64,000 nucleotides of DNA from Felis catus (Eukaryota): assembly GCF_018350175.1 (NCBI RefSeq), contig NC_058368.1:103046001-103110000 (forward strand), written 5' to 3'. Position numbers and translations under genes: made by a program. The notes below the pieces were generated by a model. The model was given only the letters and a program-made list of their open reading frames with translations, ran no database searches and had not been told where the DNA came from. Position 1 is the first letter of the stretch. The number at the start of each line of letters is the position of its first letter. Shown one piece after another: positions 50,941 to 64,000 of this stretch.

Positions 50941-52854
50941 GCTGTAAGTTCCCTCACTATTCTCAAGCCATTACTGAAATTTTATTAACGCCTGTAACTG
51001 AAACTTAGATTGTGGTTAGAGATTTTAAAGAATGTCTTTCAGCTTAAAAACAACGTGACTTTGTTGTCTAAAATTGCCAATGTTAAGAGAGAAGAGAATC
51101 GTTTTATGTGATAGCAACAGATGGCCCGGATTCATGGTGTAAGATACCAACTTGCTAGAGGGACCAACAACCAGAGAACAGAGTAGTGGGACATATTAGC
51201 CTTTCTCAGGAAAGTATCAGAAATGCCTCCAGAGTAGTGCCTGATGGCCAATACTACCCTTAGAACCAAGCAAGAGTGCCAACGATATTGACAGGCTGGG
51301 GCACCTGAGCCTAGAACAGAAAATCATGAGCTTTCTTTCTGGTTTTTGTTTTCTCTTTCAGGATTCTCCCCAACCATGTACACCTCACCTCACCTTTAAC
51401 AATGGTTGACCAGATGCCTGCCCCAAGGAACTTCATGATCCTAACCTATGGAACACCCTGTGGCCGGGACTTAGTTCCTAGATGGTGGCCCAGAAAGCAG
51501 ATTGTTCCCATGGCCAGTCTGGCATATCTCTGTGCAATCATGTAAAATTGAGCCTTGAGAAGGGTGCTGGCATACTGACATGTCCCCATTCACATGAGAC
51601 ACAGGATGATTTCACAGCTCTGGCTTCCTGGCCATCTACTACTGACTCTTGGGCTTGAACTACATATGAGGGTTTGTGGGTTGGTTCCCTCTGAGTTTTT
51701 ACCACTGTGCCACCTCAAGTCTACTGAACCCAAGGGTGGCAAAGGGGTTCTCTGGGTGTGCATCCCTGCCAGCATCCAGGGTGGTCATCAAACAGTCCTG
51801 GGGGAGCATGCTTATTGCCTCTATGGGGCAACAGGTGCTATACAAAGCCAACAGGCCCTTCGATCAAATATTTCTTACTTCTGATAGACGTGGTGATATT
51901 TTACTCTTCCTGGCCTATCTTAAGCTGTGCCAAACAAAAGAGAGACATTCCTTGGAAGAATGCGACTATTCTTTTCATTCCATCCATGGGCCTTTTGTCT
52001 ATTGTCCCTGTTAGTTGTCGTATAGGAAGTCAAGGGAGCAGTGAGCATTGAAAGAAATCACATTATAGGAATGCTGTGGTTCCAGCCTACAAAGGCATTA
52101 TGGAAGATGTGTTGTCCTGTTTTTGCATTCAATTCTATATGATAAATATAACATGACCACAAAACAAAATGTTGTTCATATTTCCTTGCATACTTTGGGT
52201 ACACATGCATTGTGGTTCTATCAATGAAGCTCATTAACAACCTTTTTGAAATGGTCACTTGGAAGCCACTGTTCACAGGCAGGAGAATGGACGACTCGAT
52301 GTCACGAGAAATGGTGAATGCAATAGCAAATAAATAGTGTTAGGGAATAACAGAGCCAAGAAATTCTTTCAGTACAAACAAGTCCTGAGAAGCAAGGAAT
52401 TGTGTGTAATAACAGTGTTGTTATCTCTTTTCTCCCAGTGGGAAATAGGAAATTAGACAGGATGGTGCATTTGACAGTAAAGGACACAAAAGGTAGATCC
52501 GGTGACCCACCTTATCTTGGACAGCTGGTATCCTGGGGATTCTTTTTGTTTGGATCAAATGGACCATAGTCTTTGAATTCAAATCCGTCTCATCTGAACC
52601 TTTTCCTCAGGTCCATCTCTTCTCATGGCTCTTGAGGCTCTTCCGTAGCCTCCATCAGCCTCAGTCAGAAGAGATGGAGAAGGAGAAGAAGGGAAGAAGT
52701 AAATGGCGGCGGAGGAGGAGAAACTGGAGAAGGGGAAAAGCATACCAAAGGAAAGAATAGTTCTTAAGTTAGGAGTCCAACGAATGAGTGCGTCTGATGG
52801 GATTGGTAGGCTGTTGAAATAAGTACAGTTAGTGGGCTGAGACAAGAAGGAGTG

Positions 52855-53100
52855 GTAGAGGTTCTGGTGTCTGCAAGCCCGGTCAACATGGGAGAGTCAC
52901 GTTCAGCTCCAGGCAGTTATTGTCATAAAAGAAGCAGGGCCCAATTTTGTCAGATCTGTGGTTTTGAGAGATGCCCCAAATGAAACCTTTATGCTAAATC
53001 TCCCTAGTTCTGAATGTTGGCAATTAATTCCAATGTTGAAAGTTCTGTGCCAACCACAGATGTCTGGCTCACCTTGACGTGAGCCCAGTCAGCCCTAAGA
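52855..53100. mobile_element. MamRep38-like hAT relic
   Basis: gggcccaattttgtcagatct...tttatgctaaatctccc...aatgttggcaattaattc. Confidence 0.55.
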
Positions 53101-53438
53101 CCTAAAGAATAGAGCAGGTTCATAAGCCAATGGCACGTAAGCCTTCCAAGAATGAAAAAGCCCCTATCAAGTGGACATACATCAACTTTTGGGAGAGGAA
53201 AGAAGATACACTATCAAAAGACAGAGTCCAAAGTGTATTGGAAATCAAGCACTCTTGGTTACTCCCCTCACATCTTCCAAACCTCTGCTCTCCAGCACTG
53301 TGGTCCTGATCTGATGGCTCTTTGCTTCTTCCTGAAAGTGAAGTGGGTAAAGGGTGTGCTGGGGTTGGTCTACCCTTCCTGGATAGTAAAGAAGAGGCCT
53401 GACCTTCAGGATGCTGAGTTGGTGATATGGTTGAAGTG

Positions 53439-55945
53439 ATATCTTCAAGATGTGACATAGGTTATTCTCAACTTCAGATCCCCTCAGAAGAAGAACCAGC
53501 AATGATCTATAGATAAGACACCATTGTGAAAATCCCAGAAACCTGGGGTGAGGTTGGGCACCCTTCTGGACAACAAAGACTGAGAAGGGCTGCATTAGAA
53601 GGGTAAGAAGAACAGCTACCTTTAACTGAATCATCTCACCCCCACCTTCTAGGCCATCATAGCACTTCACTGAGAGGGACCCCTGGGCCTATGGTTTCTC
53701 CAGTGGGACAAGACAGTCCAAGGTGGACATCCGGCTCCCCTAGTGTTGCAAGATTGCTTCCAAGGAGGACCACTCGGGTTTTGCCTCATAAAAATTAATG
53801 AGAGAATCAGTGGCACTCGACCACTTGGGATCAGATAGAGACAGAGAAAGGGGACAAGTCTTACAGCACCAGTACTCAGGTATTGGTGTACTGCATTCCT
53901 GTTTGCAGTGGAGTCCAAACAAAGATCCCAGCCAGTGGATGTGCCCATCTGCAAAGTCAACCTCGTGGCCCTATCTGGCCAGGGAGTTCAGTTAACAATT
54001 CTGTCTGACTGAGTGGTCAACAAACATTATCCATTATAGAGACTGTTCCACCTCCTCCCCAGGCAGGGACATAAATTTGAAGCCCTACCCAAGGATGAGT
54101 GCAGTCTACAGACTCAACCATATAAGAAAGTTGTAAAATACAAAACCAACATACAAAACTCAGTTGCATTTCTATAAATTATCAACAAATTATCTGATAA
54201 AGAAATGTAAAAACAACAACAACAACAACCCCATTTATAACAACATCAAAGACAATAAAAAACTTAAGAATAAATTTAACCAAGGAAGTGAAAGATCTCT
54301 ACACTGAAAACTATAGGACTTTGATGAAAAAAACTGAAGATATCACAAATAAATGAGAACACATCCCATGTTCATGGACTGGAAAAATTAATATCATTAA
54401 GATGTCAATACTAGTCAAAGTCATCTATAGATTCAAAACAATCCCTACCAATATTCTATTGGCATTTTTACAGAACTGGAAAACACAATCCTAAAATATG
54501 TAAGGAATCATAAAGACCCTAGCCAAAACAATCCTGAAAAAGAAGAAAAAAGGTGGAGGCAACACACTTCCTGATTTCAAACTGTCTAGAAAGATATAAT
54601 CATCAAACACTATGGTGTTGGCACAAAAACAGATATAGACCTATGGAACAGAACTGAGAGTTCAGAAATAAACCTTCACATATACATTCAAATAATATTT
54701 GACAAAGGAGTACAGATATTCAATTGAGAAAACATAATCTCTTCAATAAATGATAATATGAAAACTGGATATTCATTGCAAATTAATGAAACTGGATCTC
54801 TATTTCACTAATAAAAATTAATTCAAAATGGATAAAGACTTAAATGTAAGAAATCATAAAACTCCTAAAACAAAACAGGGAAAGTCTCCTTGATACTGGT
54901 CTTGGCAATGACTTTTTTGGATGTGACACCAAGAGCATGGCAACAAAAGCAAAAATACAAAATGGGGCTACATCAAATAAAAGGCTTCTGCATAGCAAAA
55001 GATATGATCAACAAAATGAACAGGCAGCCCATGGAGCGGGAGAAATACTTGCAAACCACATACCTGAAAGGAGCTAATTTCCAAAATACATAAATACATA
55101 TGCATACATACAAAATACCCAAGGAATTCATACAACTCAGATAAAACCCTGCAAAACTCCACAAATAATCCAAAAATGGGCAAAGGACCTGAATAGATAC
55201 TTTTCCAAAAAAGATATTCAGTTGGCCAACAGGAACATGTGAAGATGCACAACATCACTAATTATCAGGGAAATGCCAATCAAAACTACCATGAGATATC
55301 ACCTTACACCTGCTACAATGGCTATTACCAAAAAGACAGGAGATAACAAGTGATGGCAAGGATGTGGAGAAAAGGGAATGTTTATAAACTGTTGGTAGGA
55401 ACGTAAAGTGATAAAACTGCTATGGAAAATAATATAGAAGTGCTTCAAAAAATTAAAAAAATAAATGACCAAATGACTTCTGAGTATATATCCAAAGGAC
55501 ATTAAATCATTATTTAGAAGAGATATCTGTACCCCCGTGTTCTTTGAGGCATTATTTAAAATCGCCAAAGTATGAAAACAATCGAAGGGTCCACAGATGG
55601 ACAGAACATTATTCAGCCATAAAAAAGAAGAAAATTTGCCATTTTCAACATTACTGACAGATCTTGAGGTCATTATACTAAGTGAAATAAGTCAAAGACA
55701 ACTACTGTATGTTCTCACTCATGGGGGATCTAAAAGAAATTGAACTCATAGCAACAGCAGATTGGTGGTTGCCAGGGTGGGGGTGATGTGAGGGGAACTG
55801 GTAAAGGTCATTAAAGATGACAAACTTCCACTTAGAAGAGAAATACATTCTGAGGATGTAATGTACAGGCAGCATGGTGACTATATTAACAATACTGACT
55901 TGTATATTTGAAAGTTGCTAAGAAAGTAGATCTTGAAAGTTCTCA

Positions 55946-55989
<44 letters not shown>

Positions 55990-56138
55990 TAACTAAGTGA
56001 GGTAACAGTGCGTTAACTAGCCTTATTGTAGTAATCATTTCACAATAGGTATATATATCAAATCATCACATCACATACCTTAAACTTATATAATGTTATA
56101 TGTCAATCATATCTCAATAAAACTGGAAACGGAAAAGG
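53439..56138 (+). mobile_element. L1MA8/9-like LINE-1, internally deleted (5'UTR-like segment joined to distal ORF2 and 3'UTR)
   Basis: 5'UTR-like start caagatgtgacatagg...gtgaaaatcccagaa; degenerate ORF2 from about 54125; L1MA 3' end ...tatgtcaatcatatctcaataaa; (CA)n at 55947-55987; degenerate TSD. Confidence 0.8.
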
Positions 56139-56389
56139 GATATGGATTGAATTGTATCACAAAGACATCATTTTGGGCTTTTGGGATGAAGAGGGATTGA
56201 GGAGAAAGCCCCCAAGGCAACCAGCCGAAAGAAGAAACAAACAGTTGAAGAATCACCTCTCTCCAAGCACATTCACTTTGTGGGACCAGGCTAGCCATGG
56301 AGACAGATGAAGGATTGAATTATATATATTATATATATATAGTTGAATGGTGAATATATATGTTAACTATGAAATAAGTTCAATGGAGA

Positions 56390-56640
56390 CTCTCTTGGAA
56401 AATTACAGCCAGCACTTAGATGACATTTATTGTATGTTCTATGCTCTTTTATTATATTAACCCATTTAATTTTCACTACAATTCTAAAGGGTAGGTACTA
56501 TTTTCATACTTGTTTTTCAGGTGCAGCAACTGAGGAAGAGAGAAATTAATCTTTCGCCCACATTCACACAGCCAACAAACAGGGAACCCAGGAGACGTAG
56601 GGAGGTTGGTTGCAAAGTCTGAGACCTTACCCAGATGGTT
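56390..56640 (-). mobile_element. MIR
   Basis: ccatttaattttcactacaattctaaagggtaggtactatt...caggtgcagcaactgagg. Confidence 0.75.
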
Positions 56641-57104
56641 TCTATGGAAGAATACATCTTTTCTTTCACTATTGATTTATTTAAGTTATTAGGAGAAAAT
56701 CAATGGCTAATCAAGAGTGAAGAATACTGACTGAGGTATGTTAATCAGAAGAAAGATAAGGTCACTAAGTTCTCTCCGATTCAAATTTTTTTAGCCAGGA
56801 GGCAGAGAATACTATGGAGGAGCGGAGAGAAAGACTACTGTGATTTTTGTTGTGGGAAATAACAGTCTTTCCTGTGCTAGGGGGACACTTCAGGGAAACA
56901 GTCAGAAGAGGTGTTAAATTGGGAATTAAACTCTTCTTCCCTCTTCTAAGCAAAGAAGAATAAACCAGTAGATTGGAGTTAAGAAACAGTGTAGGACAAT
57001 CCTGAAGGAGAGAGAAGGTCAATGCTAGATAAGCAGATTTTGTATGCTCGGAATTAACATTTTCCTCTTTAGAACTCTTCTCTTCCATAGCACACTGTGA
57101 TAAA

Positions 57105-57290
57105 AACTATATATGTAAGTGTATATATATATATATATATATATGCACATATTATCATATATATAAAACATTATATATATATAACTGACTCTGTTTTATA
57201 TATATAAACGTTATATATATATAAACATTATATATATATAAACATTATATATATATATATACACATATATATATATATATATATATAACT
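57105..57290. repeat. (TA)n-rich low-complexity array, followed by a MIR remnant to about 57460
   Basis: Directly visible; ccattttattgatgaggaagctgac follows. Confidence 0.9.
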
Positions 57291-57919
57291 GACTCCACTG
57301 ACTCTGTGAACATAATGCCAATCCTCACATGTATTATCATCCATTTTATTGATGAGGAAGCTGACTAAATTTAAGTGACTGGTTACAGGTCATAGAGCTC
57401 ACAAGGAGCTGACTTAGAATTTGCAACTCCTTCTTGCTTTAAAATCTGTCTTCTTTCCACTGAATTAATATGATCCACTCAACTTTCACTTAATAGGAAA
57501 TGCAGTGAGGAGATCGCTGCTCCAAAGCTATTCTTTAGATTTCTCTCTTTATGGCCCTAACTACAGGGCCTATTTATTTGTGTCACAATCCTAAATTTTC
57601 TAGCAATAGGACTATTCTCTATCAAAATAAACAGGTGGTGTGGCTGGGGGCATGGAGTTTAGAGAGGGAATGAGGCCCACCACCATCAGATATTCTATTT
57701 GGCAAGGTGGTATAACAGTCTTTGTAGTGGAAAATGATAACAGATTTTTAAAATTATCTTAAAATTGCAATTTCCCTCCTCTTGCCTCTGAATCGAAACT
57801 GAGAAGTAAACAGTTCACGAATGATGGTGGCATTCAGAATCTCTGTTCTTTGGGCATTGGCCACCCTCCAAGAAATATGTGATGATATTTCTCTTACAAA
57901 TGGTAGAATGCATATTTTA

Positions 57920-58086
57920 GGGGCGCCTGGGTGGCTGAGTCAGTTAAGCGTCCGACTTCGGCTCAAGTCCTGATCTCACAGCCCATGGGTTGGAGCCCCG
58001 CATCGGACTCTTTGCTGACAGCTCGGAGCCTGGAACCTGCTTTGGATTCTGTGTCTCCCTCTCTCTCTGCCCCTCCCCCGCTCACA

Positions 58087-58124
<38 letters not shown>

Positions 58125-58163
58125 AATGAATAAACATTTAAAAAATTGAAAAAAACAAAAACC
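57920..58163 (+). mobile_element. Can-SINE
   Basis: 22-bp TSD aaatggtagaatgcatatttta / aaatgatagaatgtatatttta. Confidence 0.96.
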
Positions 58164-60085
58164 AAATGATAGAATGTATATTTTAAAAGTGTGCACAAAA
58201 AAAACTCTACTCAAACAAATAGCTTGCTGTATTCAGAATCTTTTTTTATAGTGTTACACTGAGGTATACGTTACTTGGAGTATCGTTACTTTTTGATTCT
58301 AAGATATTGTTTTATGCAATGGCTTTTTAGTGATTCTTCCAAGTGAATCAAAGCTTATAGCTCAGAGTTGTCCGTGAACTGATCCAGCTCCCTAGAGAAA
58401 TACCCTGACTGCCCATGGTTGAAAACCCATTATGGCTGCCCCACAGCCAAACGTTTGAGGTGCTGATCAATCCTGGAAGTTCCAGAGAGGGCGAGCTGGG
58501 GCATCTTAGGACTGCCTGTTGTGTTCCACCTTGGTTCAGCTCTATCAGCATTAAAAGAAAAACAAATTAACAAAAAAAGAAAAATGAAACATGGAGCCCC
58601 AAAATGAAAAACGTATTTTTCCCCATCGCCCTACCTCATCTGTCAGCATCTCATTTAGAACTATCTTAGTAAACCAACACAATAGAATAGCCTCGTAGAT
58701 GCAAGCTATGGGTTCCTAGGGACAAATTATATGCCTTTAACTCTTTAAGGAAAAGAATGCTGCCTTGGAATTATTGTGCGTCAGTTTTGTTATAAAGAAA
58801 CACAAACTGTCTTGCTTCACATGAGGGCATTGGAAGATTAAGGCTCTCAGCCACCATGGGCAAGACAAAAGAGAAGAAGGAATCAGAGATTACAGACTTT
58901 AAACGAAATAGAGACATCAGTATTTATTATCTGTGCATCACTGAGATTTACAATTCTTCAAATATGCAAGCAAAAACATTTGTGAAGCAGATAAAAAAGA
59001 CCACAAAACATCCAAAGAGACTGCTAATATTAACATATAAAAGAAATATCACACTGAAGCATGTTAGTGCTAATGATTTAAAATACTACTTACATTTGAA
59101 GTGGCTGGCCTATGAGCACATATTTTCTCACAAGCAGGAACAATTACTAGAATTTTTTCAAGCCCTTGTTAAATATGCAGTGTCAAGGGTTATGGAAACA
59201 GCACCAGGAATTTAATATCTTGCATACATTTGAGAATCTGAATTGAAAATATTTGATATCTGGGACGAGGCTAATGTAGCACGAAGCTTAGGAAAAGCGT
59301 GTTTGAATACAAAGGATGAACACCAAATGAAGCCCATGGAGATGCAAGAAAGCCGAGGCAATGGGAAAAGAAAAGAAAACAACAGAAGTGTGCCACATGA
59401 AAATACGAATTCCGCCGCGTAACCGACACTCTTTTATTTATTTATTTTTGTGTGTGTACCAAACCGTGAATATTGTGATTTTTAAGTGAAAGGAAATTGC
59501 TGGCGGAGTTGGGACGAACAGGAAAACAAATTTAGATACATCTTCTTCCATGTAATTACTGAAATTTTTAAGATTGTTTTTTAAAGGACTTAATCAACTT
59601 CCAACTGTCCTGGAGCTGATTCTATCCAATCATGTAACCAGTGGCTTTGGGGGAAATTCCTTGGGAGAGACATGATTTGCAGATCTGTAACAGAAAACGA
59701 ACTTGCTCTTTCTCATGAGTTAGAGGGCTTGGGGATCGTCCGGAAGACAGAATGATGAACAGGACACTGTTGCACCGGCAGCAGAGGTGGGCAACATGCA
59801 GGGACAATGAGAATCAACCTCGCTTATAACACATTTGGTTTCGGGTCTGAATTTCCAAGAAAGATACGAATATTGATTCTTCTACTTTGGGGAATGGGAT
59901 TTTCCCACTCTTTCAGAGCTTCTGTGTTATTGGCCCGATTTGGGTCGCGAAGGTCAGGACTCTTCTCTTTTACTCTGAGCACCACCGTGCAGCCAGGCAA
60001 TGCGTGAGGAAGTTACTGGCAAGCATTGTTTTCAGGGAGAAACTCTCATTTATTAGGAGGCAGACCCAGCGCCAGGGACTTACTT

Positions 60086-60572
60086 GTCGTACTAGTCAGG
60101 ATCCTACAAACAGATGGCATCAAACAGGGCTAATTGAGGGAAATTGAATACAGGGGCTATTTACAAAGGGGTCCATGGGGTTATATAAGGAAACAAGCGA
60201 GGGATGTGCTAGTGCATCAGAACTAGCAATGGTGGGGAGCCTTACCCGCCTGTACACGGGCATCACAGCAGGGAGCACCTAGCAGAACCCCGAGGGAAAG
60301 GGGGCTACTTATCCGGAACTACAACCTTCGATAGATTGATGCAGTTTGCCCACAGGGACAGAGCAGGGAGGCACCTGGAGAAATAAAGTACCCTGACCTC
60401 ATTCTCTTGTTTTCCTAAATTCTTCTTGCTGTCTTCTATTCACCAAGTGAAGCCAGAAGGCAGAGGGCAAGGTTGTCCGTAGATTTAGTTGATAAATGTC
60501 AACCGGGGCACAGAAAGGTGTGTAAGGTGGGAGAGTGGATTTGGAAGGGCAAAAGGAGAATAGCTAACCCAC
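60086..60572 (-). mobile_element. LTR33-like ERVL solo LTR
   Basis: tactagtcaggatcc...aaataaagtaccctgacctc...agccagaaggcagagggcaagg...gtggatttggaagggcaaaaggagaata. Confidence 0.65.
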
Positions 60573-60854
60573 GTAACATCTCCTCACCCTCACCACATCC
60601 TAATAAGCAATACATTACTAACACCTGCAATTTATGGTTAGGGAAAGTTAAGTTCAGAAGGTCAGGGGATTTTCGCAAGAACACACAGATAATAAATGAC
60701 AGCATGAAGATCGAAACCTAGATATTCTCAGCCCAGAGTTTTCTTCTTCTTTCTTCTTCTTCTTTTTTTTTTTCTTTAGAAAGGGCTGGAGGCAGGGAGG
60801 AGAATTAAAAGCATCAGGAATAGGAGAACAAGAGTAGGGAAGGAAAGTAGCTGA

Positions 60855-61080
60855 CACCCGTTGAGCACTGGTTATGTCCCAGCCACCGTTTCAAAAAAAT
60901 GTGCTTTAAAAAAATGTGCAGGATTCCATCAGCTATATGAATTAGGTACTCTCATCTCATTCCTCAGAGGAGGAAGCAGAGCCATAGGAAGACCTGGTCA
61001 GTGGTCAGGGTCAGTGAGCCAGCAAGTAGTAGAATTTGAACCTATGCAGATTCTGGGCTCATACTTTTAGCAATTAAACC
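60855..61080 (-). mobile_element. MIR
   Basis: ttgagcactggttatgtcccagcc...taggtactc...cagaggaggaagcagag...agaatttgaacc. Confidence 0.75.
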
Positions 61081-61574
61081 AGAGAGAATGAGGGGCAAAA
61101 ACAAAACCAAGATGGAGGCCGTCTGAGTGCCTGGTTATAATTGCCCAGAACTCTCAGGTGTCCTAAATACTTTTTCTTGATCCAGGCCAATCAGTTTTTT
61201 CCTTTGTGTCTCTTGCCTGTTCATTTTGCCATTCATGTGTTACAACATCAGTGGTACAAAAGGAAAAGAAAATCCGTTCGGGCCATTTATTATTTTGGGG
61301 ACCCCTATGCAAATCTGACAGACACAGTCAAGGCTGAATTCACCACATTCCCTCTTAAATCTACTTCTTTTAGATGCTCTCTCATTTAATGGCAAGGCCT
61401 ACTTTTCATTATCTACAAAAACCTGGGCACCTCCCCACGCTATTGTTATTATTATTTACTAGATTCCTCCTTGAGGGATTCTTTAAAATTATTCTCTATC
61501 ATTCTAAAAGTACTGCATCCCTTTTTGGAATATTTATTACACTCTTTTGAAATCATGGAAAAACATATAATTAC

Positions 61575-61690
61575 ATCCGTATAGATACATAGGATATATA
61601 TCTATGTCTACATCTATATATATATCTATATCTATCTATCTATCTATATACGGATATATATATCCATATAGATACATAGATATATATCAG
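61575..61690. repeat. TA/TATC low-complexity quasi-palindromic array inside an L2 remnant (L2 end about 61740-61810)
   Basis: Directly visible; ggtacacagtagagactcaataaatgg is the L2 terminus. Confidence 0.8.
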
Positions 61691-62465
61691 CTACCTATGT
61701 GTATATCTGTATGTATGTCTCTGTCATCAAATACTATGTCTTTTGCAATTGTGTCCCAGTCCTCTACGCTGGGTACACAGTAGAGACTCAATAAATGGTT
61801 CTCGAATGGCCAAATGAAAATTGGGCTTCCGTAACTTCTCTGTGTGTGTGAAAGCATTTGACTTGCTATGAACATATTGAGAAATGGATGCCTCAGATTT
61901 TTCCAGGTTTTCTTTCCTAGCAAAGGCCAGGTAAGGCTGCAATTGCCTGGCTTTCCTTTTTGTTTTCTTTGATATCACACCTGATGTCAGACCCACTGTT
62001 CTTCAAATGTCAGACGGACTTGGAACTGATCCTTTGATACGCTGTTTCATGGGGTTTGCGGATACTGAGTTAGGCGCATTTTGATTCTCTTTGTTTCTAT
62101 TTTCATGAACTCTTTTAGAGGACAACGGTCAGAAAGTCCTCAAGGTTAACTGACACCTCAATGGCATTTTTCAACCAACAAGACTATATTTTGAAACTCT
62201 CGAACGCTGTGCACACCCAGTCAAATGTTTTGACACTTGTCCCCATCATTAATGATTTCAAAACAGAGTGGTTGGCAAAGAATTCTTGAATCAAAGGTAC
62301 CAAAGTGGAGTTTCTTTAAGGTCACTGAACATAAAGCACCATCTTTTAGCTTCCAAAGGAGTTGGGCACAGCTTGCTCTGAAGAAAAAAGCAGCATGTGG
62401 GCTATACTCTTCAGATTTGGAATGCTACTTACAATGTGTCCTCTGCCACAGGGACAGAAGCATTC

Positions 62466-62469
<4 letters not shown>

Positions 62470-62500
<31 letters not shown>
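62470..62500. repeat. (CT)n microsatellite
   Basis: Directly visible. Confidence 0.95.
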
Positions 62501-62502
<2 letters not shown>

Positions 62503-63829
62503 CCTGTTATGTCTCAACAAGCCATCTTGCTGCGAGAGGAAGCTGGACCACTCTGCAGTATCTGGGTGCTGCAGTCTTTACAGTAGTGGACCGCTTCCTC
62601 CGTGGGGCAGCTTTTGCCACTGAACTGACACTCCTTCCCACCCATTCCCTGCTCCCGGGCTCATCCATTCCATCAGCATCTGGAGCGGCTGCCGCTTCCT
62701 CTGGCCCGGAAGCCTCAGTGTTTGCCTTTCAAATGTCATTCCTTCCACCTCCCTCAATATTCAGACTCGCTCATCAGTTTGTTTCCAGGCGCCCTCAAAT
62801 GTATTCAGAATAAATGATGCACGAAGGACAGTGGAAACACAGGGAAGCAGTTGTAGGCAAGGCACCTCCAGTTCACCAGGCTGTCCTTCCTGAACAACAA
62901 GGGTTGTATTGTCATGCAAATGCGCGGCTGGCAGAGGAGACATTGGCTGTGTATCTGCTTTGGCAACTGAAGGATGTTTTATGGTTGCCAGGTAAAGAGA
63001 GGAGGAGAGGGTAGATGAAGGGGCACAGGACGGCGGGTTCAGGCGAACCGCCTTTCCTTTGTTTTTCAACCTCACCGCCCATCAACAAGCTGGGCTTTAC
63101 CATGGCTCAACCCTGGCAGCCTCACCGTTTCTCTCTACGGCAATCTCGCACGGTGACCACGTTAAGTCTCACTCAAGATTCTCAAGTTCAGTATCTTACC
63201 ATTTTGGAAATTAGGATGAGATAAAGCCATTGCGTTACCGGTTTTCGTGTGCGCGTGAAATCGCACTCAGCATGAAGTAAGCACACGAGAATCTCACCCA
63301 GAATTTCACTCTTACAATTCAAACGTGATCTCTTCCGCAGGCATAAGAATAATGTAGCTCAATTTATAATTTTTGAAGCATTAAATTCACTTATTAAAAT
63401 GACATCACTGCCTCGCTGCCATCAGGGCATGACTCTGAATTATTTTTCTAGTGGCTAATTGATGAGTAATGCAGATAGGTTTCCACTGTGTGGTCTGCCT
63501 CCTTCATGATCCATTTGCCTCATGGTTAGCGAGGGCTGAAGGCTCTGTCTGTGACCAAGAGCAGGGTGAAGCCACACGACCCACTGAGGCATGAAACCTA
63601 TCACTTCAACCTCATTAGGAATAACTAACCACAAACACGGTCATTAGAAAAGAAAGTTTCCATCCTGTTAAGTTCAGTCTTAATTTTTGAGATCAAGAGA
63701 GACAAAAATCATTTTTTAAAGCCTGAATCACTCCATAAAAATTGTCTTACCTTCTTCGTTAACATGGTTCAAATAAGAAAACACTAGCCGGCTTTTTTAT
63801 TGCTATAATCACAAAAAAACATTGCATAG

Positions 63830-64000
63830 CTCTGGCTATGTACTAAGAGATTTACTTACAAGTAGTACACGTTAAAGTAGTTAATCCTTACAAAGCTCTA
63901 TGAAATAGCTCTGATTCTAGTATTACTGGTGGGGAAACTGAGGCACGTAGCGATTATTTGGACTGCCCAGTGACAGATGGTTAAGGGGTAGGACTGGGAT
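63830..64000 (-). mobile_element. MIR
   Basis: taatccttacaaagctctatgaaatag...ggggaaactgaggcac...tgcccagtgacag. Confidence 0.8.

Noticed and set aside
51100..52000. GC-elevated block with a strong plus-strand acceptor (ttttctctttcag at about 51361); possible old LTR or pseudogene (similar block at 25000-25480)
   Set aside because: No recognisable protein frame and no family I can assign; needs a Dfam search
54890..55673. ORFs with L1 ORF2-like peptides
   Set aside because: Frameshifted remnants of an old L1MA, not a functional reverse transcriptase gene

Overview
Mammalian, almost certainly felid (cat-like), genomic DNA, judged from about 25 carnivore tRNA-derived Can-SINEs including eight young SINEC_Fc-type copies and a cat-type L1 3' end. 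The window is non-coding (intergenic or deep intronic). I recognise no protein-coding gene, RNA gene or CRISPR array. The supplied ORFs are SINE, L1 or microsatellite translations or chance frames. Content: SINEs with target-site duplications (TSDs), L1 fragments, ancient MIR/L2, hAT DNA-transposon relics, ERVL/MaLR LTRs, microsatellites, and repeat-free blocks dense in transcription-factor motifs that look like enhancers. I found no evidence for a new biological system. The most notable items are a 90-bp tailless SINE head with a 22-bp TSD, a TSD-flanked L1MA whose 5'UTR is fused directly to distal ORF2, serial re-use of one SINE target site, candidate minus-strand exons, and several enhancer-like motif clusters. 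Repeat subfamily names come from recalled consensus similarity, not a database search. Boundaries of old repeats are approximate.
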